A stretch of DNA of 64,000 nt, taken from positions 59,212,001 through 59,276,000 of the forward strand of contig NC_045707.1 of NCBI RefSeq assembly GCF_009834535.1, given 5' to 3'. The stretch's first letter is position 1, and each line of letters begins with the position of its first letter. Shown in pieces: positions 52,447 to 64,000 of this stretch. Under the pieces are notes generated by a model. It was not told the DNA's origin, searched no databases, and saw only the letters and a program-made list of their open reading frames with translations. The translations under genes and the position numbers were made by a program. This DNA comes from Camelus ferus (lineage: Eukaryota).

Positions 52447-52975
52447 TGATGAACGGAAGGAGGGTTTGCCAGCCCCAAATATGCCCCTTTAGTATAAGGA
52501 TTATCTTAAGCTGGTTATTTTTAAGAAAATGTAGACAAGGGAGATGCTTTGAAAACCAAGTTAAAATTACCATTTCATAAGAGATATTTGCATTTATAAG
52601 GGAAATTCTCCATTGGTAAAGGTGCATCCCACTCTGTAGTAGGAAGAGGTGGATGGCCAAATCCCTAGAAATTCTTATCAATGGAGAAGGCACACACTTT
52701 CATCTGCAAACCAGCCATTCCCTTGTTTATCATGCTTTTCCTGGTAACCTCCCATAATTGCCTCCCCCAAAACTCAACATCTTTTGTCTTTAGCTGGAGA
52801 TGATGGTATTTAAGGTAATGGTTTGGGCCATCTCCTAGGTATCACCCATGAATACAAAAGGTATACATGTTATTAAAGTTCTCTTTGTCTTTCTCTTGTA
52901 AATGTCTTTTATTCCAAGGGGGTCTCAGCCAAGAACCCAGAAAGGTAAAGGGAAAATTATTTTTCCCTCCCTACA
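52447..52975 (+). mobile_element. ERV1 solo LTR (MER34-like)
   Basis: TG...CA termini; 'ccccaaatatgcccctttagtataaggattatcttaagctg'; polyA-like 'attaaa' near 52872; ends 'ttttccctccctaca'. Confidence 0.85.
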
Positions 52976-53612
52976 GTGACTACAAATCATTGTTAGGAGA
53001 GAATGCCAGCCTAATTACCAGAGAGAGGCATAGAGTTCATGAGCTTTTGAGCTCCTGAGGTGGCATAAAGAAGAGAAGGCTTATAAGAAATGAATGGACT
53101 CAGATTAAAAGAATATTTATAGAATTAATACAATGCAAGAGACTATTTAAATTTTTAAAATTATAACCCACAGCAAAAATAAATTTTATTGTTAATCACA
53201 CATATGCATATACATAAGGTAAGCTCTCTGTTCATATGCTGTAACAGAGCCCTATTATATAATGATGATTCAAATAAGAAAGAAGTTCATTTCTCCCAGG
53301 TAAAATTCCAAATAGGAGGCCCAGGCCTGCGATGCCAATCTACGCTCCTTCTCGCTTGGTGTCCTGCCTTCCTGATCAGATCAGTTTTTTGTCTAAGACG
53401 GATACTTTTCTTCATAGCATTATGCCCGCACTCAAATAGTGAAAAAAAAGGAAAAAGGAGAAGGACACACCTCTCCTCTTAAAGGGCACTTCAGTTCAGA
53501 TCCCACAGGTAGGAATTAGCCATGTAGCTACATCCAGATGCCAAAGAGAGGGGAAAATACAGGCGTCAGCTGGGTGGCCATGTGCCAAATCAATCTACTA
53601 CATGTAAAATGG

Positions 53613-54053
53613 TGTGTTAGATAGGGTAATACCAGCTGCTATTTAAGAACAAAAAAAGAAAGAGGCCCCCCCTTCAAATGCAAAATAGGTCAAATACAAT
53701 AGAAGTTTACTTCTCACTTATGTTTGGCACTAGGCTCTTGGTGGCTCTGCTGTCTTCAATCTGTGGATTCTATTGCTGGGGATGTGGGAGGGACTGTCCT
53801 CTCCTCTCCAGTCACGGGGAAGTAAGAAAAGAGGGTGGAGAGGGTATTCACGTTTCTTAAACAACTTGGCCAAGAAAGGACAGGATCCATGTGTCACGTG
53901 GACTTGCACTCATTTGCAAGTAGTTATTTGATATTACCTAGACACAACAGGGGCTAAAAATATCGTTCCTAGATGAGCATCCACTTTCCAAGACCCACTC
54001 TGCACTATAAATGGGAGCATGAATTTTGGTGGAAAAGAAGTTTTCTTGGCAAC
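53613..54053 (-). mobile_element. MLT1J-like LTR nested in the left MaLR LTR
   Basis: Starts 'tgtgttagatagggtaataccagctgct', has 'aatacaatagaagtttacttctcact', ends 'ggagcatgaattttggtgga..ttggcaaca'. Confidence 0.65.
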
Positions 54054-55877
54054 AGAACAGGAGAACAGAGTTGAAGTCTACTTTAGTATGACTTTAAATG
54101 CCCTCGTTGCCCACTCAGGTCACATTTTCCTTCTCATTTATAGTTAGTACATGTCCCTGCCATCCTGCTCTCTAAAATAAACAATCCCAAAGTCCACCCA
54201 GGTCCTGTATCCAAGTCTGGCATCTCTGAGTGATGTGCATTTCTATCAAAACTGGGAGTGGCTTTTCCTGAACTGATAGTCTATAAATCAAAATTGAGTT
54301 ATCTGTCCCCTCTCCCCAACCTACTGGAAAGTGGTGAATGAGAACAGGACAGACGTAGTCTAAAAACTCAGTTCTAAAAAGGGAAAACTAAGAACAGTAC
54401 CACAGTAACTAGACTCACTCTCAGCACTAGAATAATTTCCTACGTTAAGCCATCTGGCAGCTCTTGGTTCCACTCTGGGGGGCATACCTACTTGGTCACT
54501 ATCCTGCCAATGTCTGACTTTGCCTTCAGGGAGGTTCTTACATGTCCTTTATCTCCATGACGACATATCAAGTAGACATTAGAGAGTATTCTCAACTTGG
54601 GAGCTTCAGAATGTTGATAGGCTAGTTCCTACTGGTTGGACAGACTTAGTTTGCTTTAAGGGGTGAACTATAACAGAGTTTTACAAGCCTGGCCCATGAT
54701 TTCTTTGGTGACACAATGTAGCAAAAAAACTTTTAGAAGGTCCAAGGCTCTTTTATTTCTATTGATTCTGACTGCAAATAAATAAAGACAAAAGTTCTCA
54801 TCTGTATGTTGGCCTTTTAGCCAAAAATTCTGGTCTTTTGTTTACTTGTTTCTGTGTGCTGCCACTCACTCTCTTGCTCAATTTAATAGTGACTACCTTA
54901 AGGCCAAATAAAACAATTGGCTTCAATAGGAAAGCAAGGTCCTTAATCTAATGTTCCCCCTGGGCTGGCTCCCTTTGTCTGGTAGTCTTAATGGTTTTGT
55001 CCAGTCTTATCTCCTGCTAGGACTGTTTCTTGATTTAGAGACTCATTTTATCACTGCTTCTGTTTGGGCACAAACACCTTTGTTTCCTGTCAGGACTGAT
55101 TTATAAGGTCCTGTCTTTTAAGACTCTCTGTCTATTTAGATTGCAGGACAAAGCCTACCTTGCCAGAGCTTCATATTCTCTCTCTCTCTCTCCTTCTCTT
55201 TGCAAGTGGCTAATTCTAATTTGGGTTTACCTCTCTGTAGGTTTTGCTACATGGCAAAAAAAATTTTTTCTTTTTAAACTGAAAAGAAATAAACAGCCAA
55301 TAGGCAAGAAAAGTAGGTATTAAAGGCTTGGTTGGCACATGGTCTTATATCCAAGATCTCTCCAAGTCAAATTTTGTCAATGTTTTGCCACAACATACTC
55401 ACTGTCAACAGCTTTTCCAGTTCAGTATCTGCATCCTCACTCCATACCATCTAATAACTAAGCCACTATAATATCTCTAGGTGCTGTTTCTACAGCCCCA
55501 CTCCCACGTACCATGGTCTATATTAATTGGGGTATCAATTCAACCATGGGCAGAGAGAATCCAAAAAAAAAAAAAAAAAAAATTTAAGCAGGAAAGTTGC
55601 TTGTTTATCTTTTAATTAGATGTCAGCTAGAAATCCAGGGCTGAAATGAAGGCCCCATAACCACGGGGGATTCGGGCTCATTTAACTTCCTTGCCTAGCC
55701 ATTCTCAATATATGATGCCTATTACTGTTTTGGCTACTCCAGATGTCACCAATATGTCCGCATTCCAGCTAAGGTATCAGTCAAAGGAAGGAAGAGGTAC
55801 CATTTTGTTCTCTCAAAAGCACAACCCCAAAACAGGACACCTCACTTCTGTTCTTCTCCCGTTAGCCAGAATTAGAT

Positions 55878-56424
55878 TGTAGAGAAGGACAAAAAATCTT
55901 TTCTTCTACTCATTTAGACTTACCAACTGGGATCCTGTAAATTAGATGGACTACAGACAGATTAGCAAGAGGAAAAAACCCAGACATTTCTTAGCATGTG
56001 CCTTGTGCATGTACACATTGGGGCATCCACTGAGGCAAATTCAAAGGACTGGTTAGAAGTTGGGCTCATATACCATCTTAGGCTAAACAAAGGAAAAGGG
56101 GTTTGAGGCTTTTGGGCAGGGAAGGCAAGTTATGGTAAACAAGGGTTGTTTATTAAGATTTGTTACGCAGATTTTTAAGTGGGTGCCTTCTCCATTGATA
56201 AGAATTGTTTAGCGTCCTCTTCTTCCTAGTATGGGAGAGGGAGACATCTTTTACAAGTGGAAATTTCCTTTATAAATGTAAGTCTCCTTTACAAAGGGAA
56301 AAACAAGCACCCTGTTTTTTTAAATTTCCTGCATCTGCTGATTTTCAATGGCCTTTATTTAGCTTAAAATAAGTCCATATGCTGAAGAGGTATATTTTGT
56401 GGAGGTATATTCTGGTACCCTTCA
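55878..56424 (-). mobile_element. ERV1 solo LTR (MER34-like) nested in the right MaLR LTR
   Basis: TG...CA termini; minus strand begins 'tgaagggtaccagaatatacctccacaaaatatacctctt'; shares an exact 24-mer (inverted) with the LTR at 52447-52975. Confidence 0.85.
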
Positions 56425-59400
56425 AAGCTATACGACCATATAGCTAGCGGGTGGCTGGGAACTGCAGTTGAAAAGTAGTTGTTTGTCATTTAAGAAGAGA
56501 ATAAGTATCTGAGGAAAATTCTGTAGTCTTTTCCATTCATTTGCATGTATAACTGAGACAAAAATTTAACATGAAACCTACCCTATTTGTAAAACCCTCT
56601 GATTTTTCCTATTATTCTATTTTAATAAAAACACTATTCAAACCCACAAAATTAATTTATTTATTAATGCATCAAAACTATCAGTTTTAAATCTATGGGT
56701 CTAGAAGGCAAGTTTTAAGCTCGATATGAATCAGCTGAATTCTGCATCCTTGATTATAAAGGAAGCTTACATTTGGTGGTAATCTCAGGTGTAGGATGAT
56801 TTCAGGAACAGGAGGGAAAAAAAAAAAACCTACTCCTAGATACAAGGCAAAACAACAAGGACAAAAGAGAAGAAAATAAATCTCTCCCATCAGCCTTTAA
56901 CTGGAGACTTGAGTCTTTCATAATCAGAGATAAAAGGCTTAGAGATGCTGCAAGCACCTGGAGGCATTAACACATGACTGTGAATAAGTTTCCGTGGTTT
57001 TGCACCCTACAGGGTTAACTACAGTCTACTACTTTTGCTATTCAAAATAAATAATAATACCCCTATTACCATACCCCAAATTCTTAGGATCCCTCTGAGC
57101 TCACAGTCGCATCCTTTTCAGACTGCATTTATCTCTAGCACATGACTAAGACAGGAAAAAGCAACTGTCATTTTTTTTTAGCACAGGTCTGAGGGAGTAC
57201 TCCATATGGCTTCCCAATAGAAAAAAATATATAAATGTACATCTGTAAAGAACGAATTATTTTCCTTTTAAATTTTTTTTAATTCTGTTTTGGAATTACA
57301 TGAAATCTGGAGGAAAATAAACACTGATTCTCAGTGGATAAAAATTTCAGCAGTGAACAAGGTTTTGCAAGTGTTCAAACAAAAATGAATCTGAGACAAA
57401 GCTTTATTTTAAAAATGTGGTTTGAGGCAATACATTGACGCTTCAGAGAAGATATGGGTACTGAACTTTGATACTTCAGTGTATATTACCAATTATTATT
57501 ATTTAAATAAAATTGCTTGTAAAATAGCTTATGCCACTAAGATTTTTAGTTATAGAAACAACAAACTCAACATCCCATTAGTATTTTCAAAGAGGACATA
57601 AAATAGTAAATCCATTTCAGAATAATCAGGCTCTTATTTTGCCAACAGTGATAAGCTAACAAAGAATCTCTGCTCCTTCTTCTCCTGTCCCCCCACCCTA
57701 TAATACAGACTACATCTAATATACCTACCACTTTCCACTTTCATTAGGTAGAAGTACACTCCATAACTGATCATCACTGGTCTGGTATCTCCAGTATTTT
57801 GACAAACTAGTATAATATCCTAAACAAATCTACCATTGTTACCATTAGACATTACTTTATAAAGTACAGATTCTTCTACTCACATACACTAAAAGACAAA
57901 GGGTCATTCCAAGCACATGGTATTTAAATGATTATGTTTTAGAATCATGTTTCTCTTTTATGTTCACTCTCTCCTTTACCCCTACCTGTACCTTCCTTTG
58001 GCCATCAAAGAAAGGACTCTGGCTGACTTGGCTGTGTTATTTGCATATGATCTGCATAGTGACCCACATCAGTTTCATCTCTGCAAGTGAATGTTAGCTT
58101 CAAATCCTATCCCTCTTTCCCTTGTACCTGAACCTTGAATAATGTCCAATCAATCAAAGCATTATGTGGCTCTAGCCCAAACTTTTGTTCATGGCATCTG
58201 CTTTACTGGGAATTAGGAGCCTCCTTTTAGTAATCCCACTGCTACCTCCCTCATGTGTGCTCCCTTAAAATCTCATGCCTACCTGAAGTTTGTCCTTAAT
58301 ACATGCACTGTGACCTATGAATGCCTTCAGAACATTGACTATACCAAGTTCATCTTGTTTACACCAGCACCTAGAACAGTTCCAAACATAACAACCCCTT
58401 AATGAAAGCTTCTTAAATGAGCTCATAAACATAGGAATATGAAAGTGCTCATAACAGCCAGAACACACAGTGTCGAGGGAATGAGAGTGGAAGGAGGGAG
58501 AAGGTCCAGTGTGAAGGCAGAGACTATTTAACAAACAGTGTTACAGGAAAGTCACAGCTAAATATTCACATCTCGTGTTTCTGACTCATGGGCATTTTCC
58601 AGACTGAAAGTTGATTTGGATGCAATCACAACCATATTTATAAAATACAGAAGTGCTGAATTGGGTAAACGTTTTCATTCTCTCAATTTGCAAAGACTGA
58701 GATTTAGCTCAAGCCAAGTAACAGGCATCCTTAAGTATCAGATTCTGATGCTAAGTTTGTTTTTCGGTTTTTTTTTTTCTGATTTTTATGGGCTAGGAGC
58801 TAGAGAACTCACACTGATAGCTCACACTGGAGACTAACTAGTGGCTGGCATCTATCTTCCAAGCCATCAAAAAACCTTTCAGAAGAGTCCAGAATTGGTC
58901 ACTATAAAGCAGTGTGGAGAAGCCATCAGAAAGGTTCTTCGTGTCCTGACAAAAATGTAACAATATAATATTTGGTTGAGTACTGAGTGTACTAATAAAA
59001 CATATAATGGAAGAAAGCAATAGATAAAGGAATTACTCTTTTTTTGCCATTCAAACTCTTCCAATTGAAATTTTTTTTTTAATTTCTACAGCTTCAGGTA
59101 CAGCTGTCATTTATTCACTGTTTTTTTGTTAGAAAGGATTTAATCCATAAGAACTAAGACTTTCAGCATTTGCACTGAAATGACATGGGCTGTAGGATGT
59201 AGCAAAAGGTATTCACACAGTTATAAATCATATAAATTGTTTTTTAAAAAGGAACAACAATAGAAAGGCTGTACTTTGGCCTCACTTTCTCTGGAGAAGA
59301 TTTGAAGGCAATTATAACTTTTTTTCTTGGGAATATTTGCCCGAAGCTTTTTCTGAGCTAGACTGCCAAGAGGTGACATTCCTCTTTTCTGCTCTTTCTA

Positions 59401-59729
59401 ATATGTCTGATATTTTTTCTTAAGATTACAGAGAGACAATTTGGAAAAAAACAAACCAATCACAATAACTTGAGAAAGAACACAAATCTTAAACTTATTC
59501 CACAAAAGGTGTTTGTAACAACTGACCCAGCTACAAAAACCACTGCCAACTCTATATGGTACAAGAAGCCCTAAGGAATTCAACCCTCCCCGATAACCGG
59601 TTGCTTTTACCCACATCTTGCACCTCCCTATACTATCCTACAAGATGGACTCAAATTGAGAGAAAAAGAATAAGCTGAAATGTGCTACCTTAGAATGAGT
59701 CAGGCAGCAAGACAAAATTCAATTGCTAA

Positions 59730-60260
59730 TTTATTTACTTAATCAGAAAATATTTATTGAGTGGCATGGAGCTCACAACCTACTAGTCCCTGAGGCTAGT
59801 CAATCAAGACAAGCTGCTTGTGTCCAGCAGGGGGAGACAACCATGTAAGGCAATACACATAAGCTATATTTAACACTCAGCATCCAGTCGGTGCACAAAG
59901 AATCCTACCAGCTTGTCAAGTAAAGGCTTCACAGAACAAATAGACAACTGTAGAAATGACAGAGAACAGAAAGAGATGGGGTGCAGAAATAGGAAAGGAT
60001 GTATGAGGAAATACAGATATGTTGATATAGCTGGAAGATGTAAGTGAGGGCTAAGAGCTAAGGTAGCAAAGATGGTAAAGGTTGATATAACAGATGCCTT
60101 TGGAACTCACACTAGTTACTTGAATCTCATCTTGAAGTCAGTAAAGTGCATGAAAATAAATTACAAATAGGTGTGCCAGGGAAACCCAATGCAATAGTTC
60201 AGGAGAAAGACAATAAAGACCTGAATGAATGAGTGACAGCAAGAGTGAATAGGAAGTGGT
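59730..60260 (-). mobile_element. LINE-2 fragment
   Basis: 'aaaatatttattgagtg..ggagctcacaacc', 'aaaggcttcacagaa', 'tgcaatagttcaggagaaagacaataaagacctgaat'. Confidence 0.6.
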
Positions 60261-60559
60261 TAAACCAAGAGACAGTAAATAAGAAAACATATGTAAGTAC
60301 TAGATTGGTGCCTGGCAAAGAGAAATGACTAGATATTTATCTGTTATATTTGCTATCATATGTATCAGCCACAAGCAGATTACTTTCAGTAGAGGAAAGG
60401 GCTCAGGAAAAGCTCCTGATTGTCTAAGGAATGAGTATTTCCAGCAATATAAGAGCAATGACAACCACAGATCTAAGCATGAGAGGCCTATGTCTGCACT
60501 TTGGAGAGCCTCAAATAATCCTCTTCTGGTCATTCCCATCTTCCAAGGGTAGGCAACAT

Positions 60560-61145
60560 GGATTCAAGGAGACCTATCCAGGCAGAGTCCCTAGCTCTCC
60601 ATTTCTAGATCCTCCTCCTGGCACACAGGAATCACATTCCATGCCTATGTGACCTTAGCCTGATCAGCACTTGGTTTGGGTCTCTTCCTTGTAACCATCA
60701 TCCTAAAAGCAGACTGAACCACTGATATTCATATCCCTAGGCTGGAGGGATGACTAAGGGGGAGCTATATACGGGGGCAGGGATGGAGCTTGGATGCACG
60801 GATGCCATGTCTACAGGCAAGCAGGGGATCCCTTGTATTGTGGGATGGATGCAATGGTGGATGGACAAAGGGAGCAAGCAGCAGGCTCGAAGCCAGGGGC
60901 CCTGGGGCAAGAAGGTGGCTTTCTTCCTACCACCACATTCTAGCACAGATGTATGAAGAGTCCAAGAATTCTAAATTCAAACTTGGCTTTTCACATTATT
61001 ATAGAGATTTATTTGTCAAGATTGGGGGATAGAACGTATTTTATTTAATGACTTAATTTATAATATTTAAATACATACACATATGATATGTAGACCTCTG
61101 TTTTACACTTGTCTGGAGCCCTGTGAAGACTGGAAATGGAACTTG
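60560..61145. mobile_element. hAT-Tip100 non-autonomous element (MER115-like)
   Basis: 'gaattctaaattcaaacttggc..atttgtcaagattgggggatagaacgtattttatttaa..atatgatatgtagacctctgttttacacttgtctggagccctg'; left boundary uncertain. Confidence 0.6.
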
Positions 61146-61279
61146 ATGGAAAACTGAATTTTCTTAAGAAATCTTACCAAACAGCATTCCTACATTGGAT
61201 GAAAGTTAACACATACTTACAAATACAGAAATTAACAAGAAGGCAGGGAACATTTCCAAAGTAAAAGGAAAACAAACAA

Positions 61280-62725
61280 ACAAAAAAGATAAAAAGACAC
61301 AAGAGATATAATGGGAAATCTCTTCCAGTTCAAAGAGGAGAAATAAGAGGAAAAGGGGAGAAGCAAAATTTTCAAAGAAATAATGTCTGAAAACTTTCAG
61401 AATTTATATAGAAATATGCTTCTTCAGGTTCAGGGAGCTCAACAAATCCAAAGCTAGATACAGAAAAATGAATCAAAACCTAAAACTTGTAACAATAAAG
61501 AATTATAAAAGGGAGGATTTCAAAGCAGTCATGGGAGGAAGATATAACATGCACACAGAAGGTGAAATGGCACTGACTAGACTTCCGATAGCAACAAAGG
61601 AAGCCAAAAGACAGCAGAGCAGTACCTGACGCTTCTGAAAGAAGGCAGCTGTCAACCAGAATTAAGGACACAGATAAACTATCACTCCAGAGCAAGGGCA
61701 AAAATAAAGACATTTCCAGATAAAGGTGGATAGTTTAGTACAAATAGAACCTCACAAAAAGAACTTGTTTTGAAGAAGTAAGGAACTATATCCAGAAATA
61801 TTTTAGAATCTAATATTTCATTTTAGAACAGGGGAAACGATAAACATGGAGAAATTTAAACAAACATTAACAGTACAAGTTGAAAATCATTATAATAATG
61901 TTAAATTTGGAGAGTGTTATGGATGAATTGTATTTCTCCCCAGCATTCACATATTGAAGTCTTCAACCCCCAGCTCAGAAAGTGACCTTTTTTTGAGATT
62001 GGGTCTTCAGAAAGGTAATCACGTTAAAGTGCGGTCACTGGGTGAGCCCTGATCTAATAGGACTGGAGTCTTTATAAAAAGAAATTTGGACACAGAGACA
62101 TGCATAAAGGGAAGATGAAACAAAGAAATACAGGGAGAAGATGGCCATCTACCAGCCAAGGAGAGTGGCCTGGAACTGATTCTTTCCTCAGAAAGGAACC
62201 AACCCTGCTGACACCTTGATTTTGGACACCAAGAACCCAAAACTGTGAGACAACAAATTTGTTATTTAAGTTAACCAGATTATGGTAAAAAAATAAAAGT
62301 GAGAATTATAATGTTGTAATTAATGACATTAAGACTGGTGGGGATGGTAGTAAAACTCTTAAGTCTCAAGACTATTACAGAGACATTAACATCATATTGA
62401 AAGCATCCATGTAAAAACCGGGATGGATAAATGACGGGAATAGGGAGAATACTTCCAAAGTCAACTGAACAGGAAAAGTAGAATTTAAAACCAAAACCTC
62501 AATTTAAAAAAAAAAGATGGCAATAAATAAGGAGGAAATATCCAAAGGAAGGGAAAACAAAGTATGCAATGAGATGGTAAAAGTAATTGCAAATATTAAT
62601 ACACCATTTATTAAAGAACTAAATGAACGACATTCAACTCTTGAAAGGAAAAGACAGATAAGATTAAAAAAAACCCAAAATCTAGCAATAACATTTACCA
62701 AAGACACATCTAAAATATAAGGGCA
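61280..62725 (+). mobile_element. Very old L1 (L1M5/L1ME-like) ORF1 to ORF2-start remnant, split by an MLT1B LTR
   Basis: 'aaagaaataatgtctgaaaactttcagaattt', 'gacttccgatagcaacaaaggaagccaaaagacag', 'gtcaaccagaatt..aaactatca..agggcaaaaataaagacattt'. Confidence 0.7.
61915..62287 (+). mobile_element. MaLR solo LTR (MLT1B-like), 3' tip missing
   Basis: 'tgttatggatgaattgt..cagggagaagatggccatctaccagccaaggagag..ggaaccaaccctgctgacaccttgattttggac'. Confidence 0.9.
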
Positions 62726-63591
62726 TACTCACATATAACCAGGTGTCTACAAGAACTTTTGAAAAGCAGTTTGGAAAAAGAATTATAAGAAAATTAAGAG
62801 TAAAATTTTTGAGGTGTATCTTTAAAATATCATGGCGTATTTTATAAATTATTTTAAAAAACAGCTTAAGAGAATTTGCCATCTTACTAAATGGTAGCAT
62901 ATATTATTTATATATACAGTTAACAGGCAATTAGAGAAAAAATGTTCTTCTTTTCCTTTTGTTTTAATATCTGAAAAACATATGGGGCGTTTAAATAAAA
63001 TACTGAGGCTCCACAAAGATAAGAAATTACTTTGTTAATAGCACATTTTCTGCATTAAGCATAAATGATTATTATACTGTTATTATAGTAAGAGATAACT
63101 TTTCAAGCAATGTGATATTCATTAAGTTATTAATATAGTAGTTATCCAGAGACTGCAATATGAAATGAAATTTCAACTAGGGACATCTAAAACACATATT
63201 TTCACTTTTTTTGATTAATCACATTCTAGGTTAGCTAAAAATTAATATAGAAATTACTAATAACTTTGAGAGACAAATTACAACGAGTAAGCCATCGAGC
63301 TAGCAGAGAATCTGTGACTCCAAGTATGTGAAAAGATAAAAGTCCACAAGATAGAAAATAAAATTTTTTGTTTGGCTAGAAGGCAATCAAAATTGATGGA
63401 GTGTAAAAAATATATTGATCAATTCTTTTTCAGAATTACACTATATCTGTTTAAGTTCAATTAAAAACAAACAATTTTTTGGTTGTATTTTCATGTATGG
63501 TATATACATAATGTAAGTGATGCTAATTATATTCAGAAGTTCTAGAATAAATGAAGAAATTCTAAGAGTATCTGACTGCCTCATATGTAAA

Positions 63592-63840
63592 GTAACGGTT
63601 TCAGCACTCAGGATATTTTGAACTGGGTAATTCTTGCTCGTATGTGGAAGAGGTGGGCAGGAGGCTGGCCTGAGCTTTGTAGGATGTTCAGCAGCATCCC
63701 TGGCCTTTACTCCTCCGATAACCAGCAGCACCTCCCTGGCTCCTCTCACCCCCTCCCCCAAGTCGTGATAATCAAAACTGTCTTCAGACATTGCAAAACG
63801 TCTCCTGTGGGGCAAAATTATCCCTGGTTGAGAATCACTG
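63592..63840 (-). mobile_element. MER20 hAT-Charlie MITE
   Basis: 'gtaggatgttcagcagcatccctggcct..cagacattgcaaaacgtc..ggggcaaaattatccctggttgagaatcactg'. Confidence 0.9.
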
Positions 63841-64000
63841 ATTTAATTTGAGCATTTCTAGCTCATTTTCTTTTTCTTAGTGATACTTCAAGAGATTTTC
63901 AATTTCATTTTAGATTACAAATATACCCAATATATAGCCCAGGAGTCTTTATCTAAGAAAATGATTGACACTTGAATGGGAGCAGTGATAACTATGTAAA

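Larger units (their letters stand above)
53207..56540 (-). mobile_element. MaLR provirus remnant, LTR-int-LTR (MLT1K/L-like)
   Basis: LTR about 53207-54090, internal region about 54090-55519, LTR about 55520-56540; junction 'cagccccactcccacgtaccatggtc|tatatta' resembles the MaLR LTR/int boundary (ggtacc..ggagtgggg on the minus strand). Confidence 0.65.

Noticed and set aside
8130..62725. Using L1 orientation bias to infer the strand of a host gene
   Set aside because: About seven plus versus four minus L1 insertions is too few to be informative
1..64000. A novel multi-gene system, CRISPR-like array or prokaryotic operon
   Set aside because: No long intact ORFs, no regularly spaced repeat-spacer array, and the sequence is dominated by known mammalian repeat families

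Overview
AT-rich mammalian genomic DNA, almost certainly camelid (camel/alpaca/llama), based on a tRNA-Ala-derived Vic-1-type SINE at 36578-36720 and several artiodactyl/camelid-type L1 3' ends. Roughly half the window is recognisable transposon debris: one full-length but dead LINE-1 (26279-32356), truncated and nested L1s of several ages, L2 and MIR relics, MaLR (MLT1) LTRs including an apparently complete LTR-int-LTR MaLR provirus (about 53207-56540), two MER34-like ERV1 solo LTRs and hAT MITEs (MER5A, MER33, MER58B, MER20, MER115-like). I found no host protein-coding exon I can recognise, no intact RNA gene and no CRISPR or prokaryotic features. The window looks intergenic or deep-intronic, and the only protein-like ORFs are L1 ORF2 fragments. 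I did not find convincing evidence for a novel biological system. The best leads are nested-insertion architectures and a few unique-sequence patches with splice-site, CpG or motif signals. Repeat subfamily names are from memory of consensus sequences, and boundaries are approximate unless a TSD is quoted.
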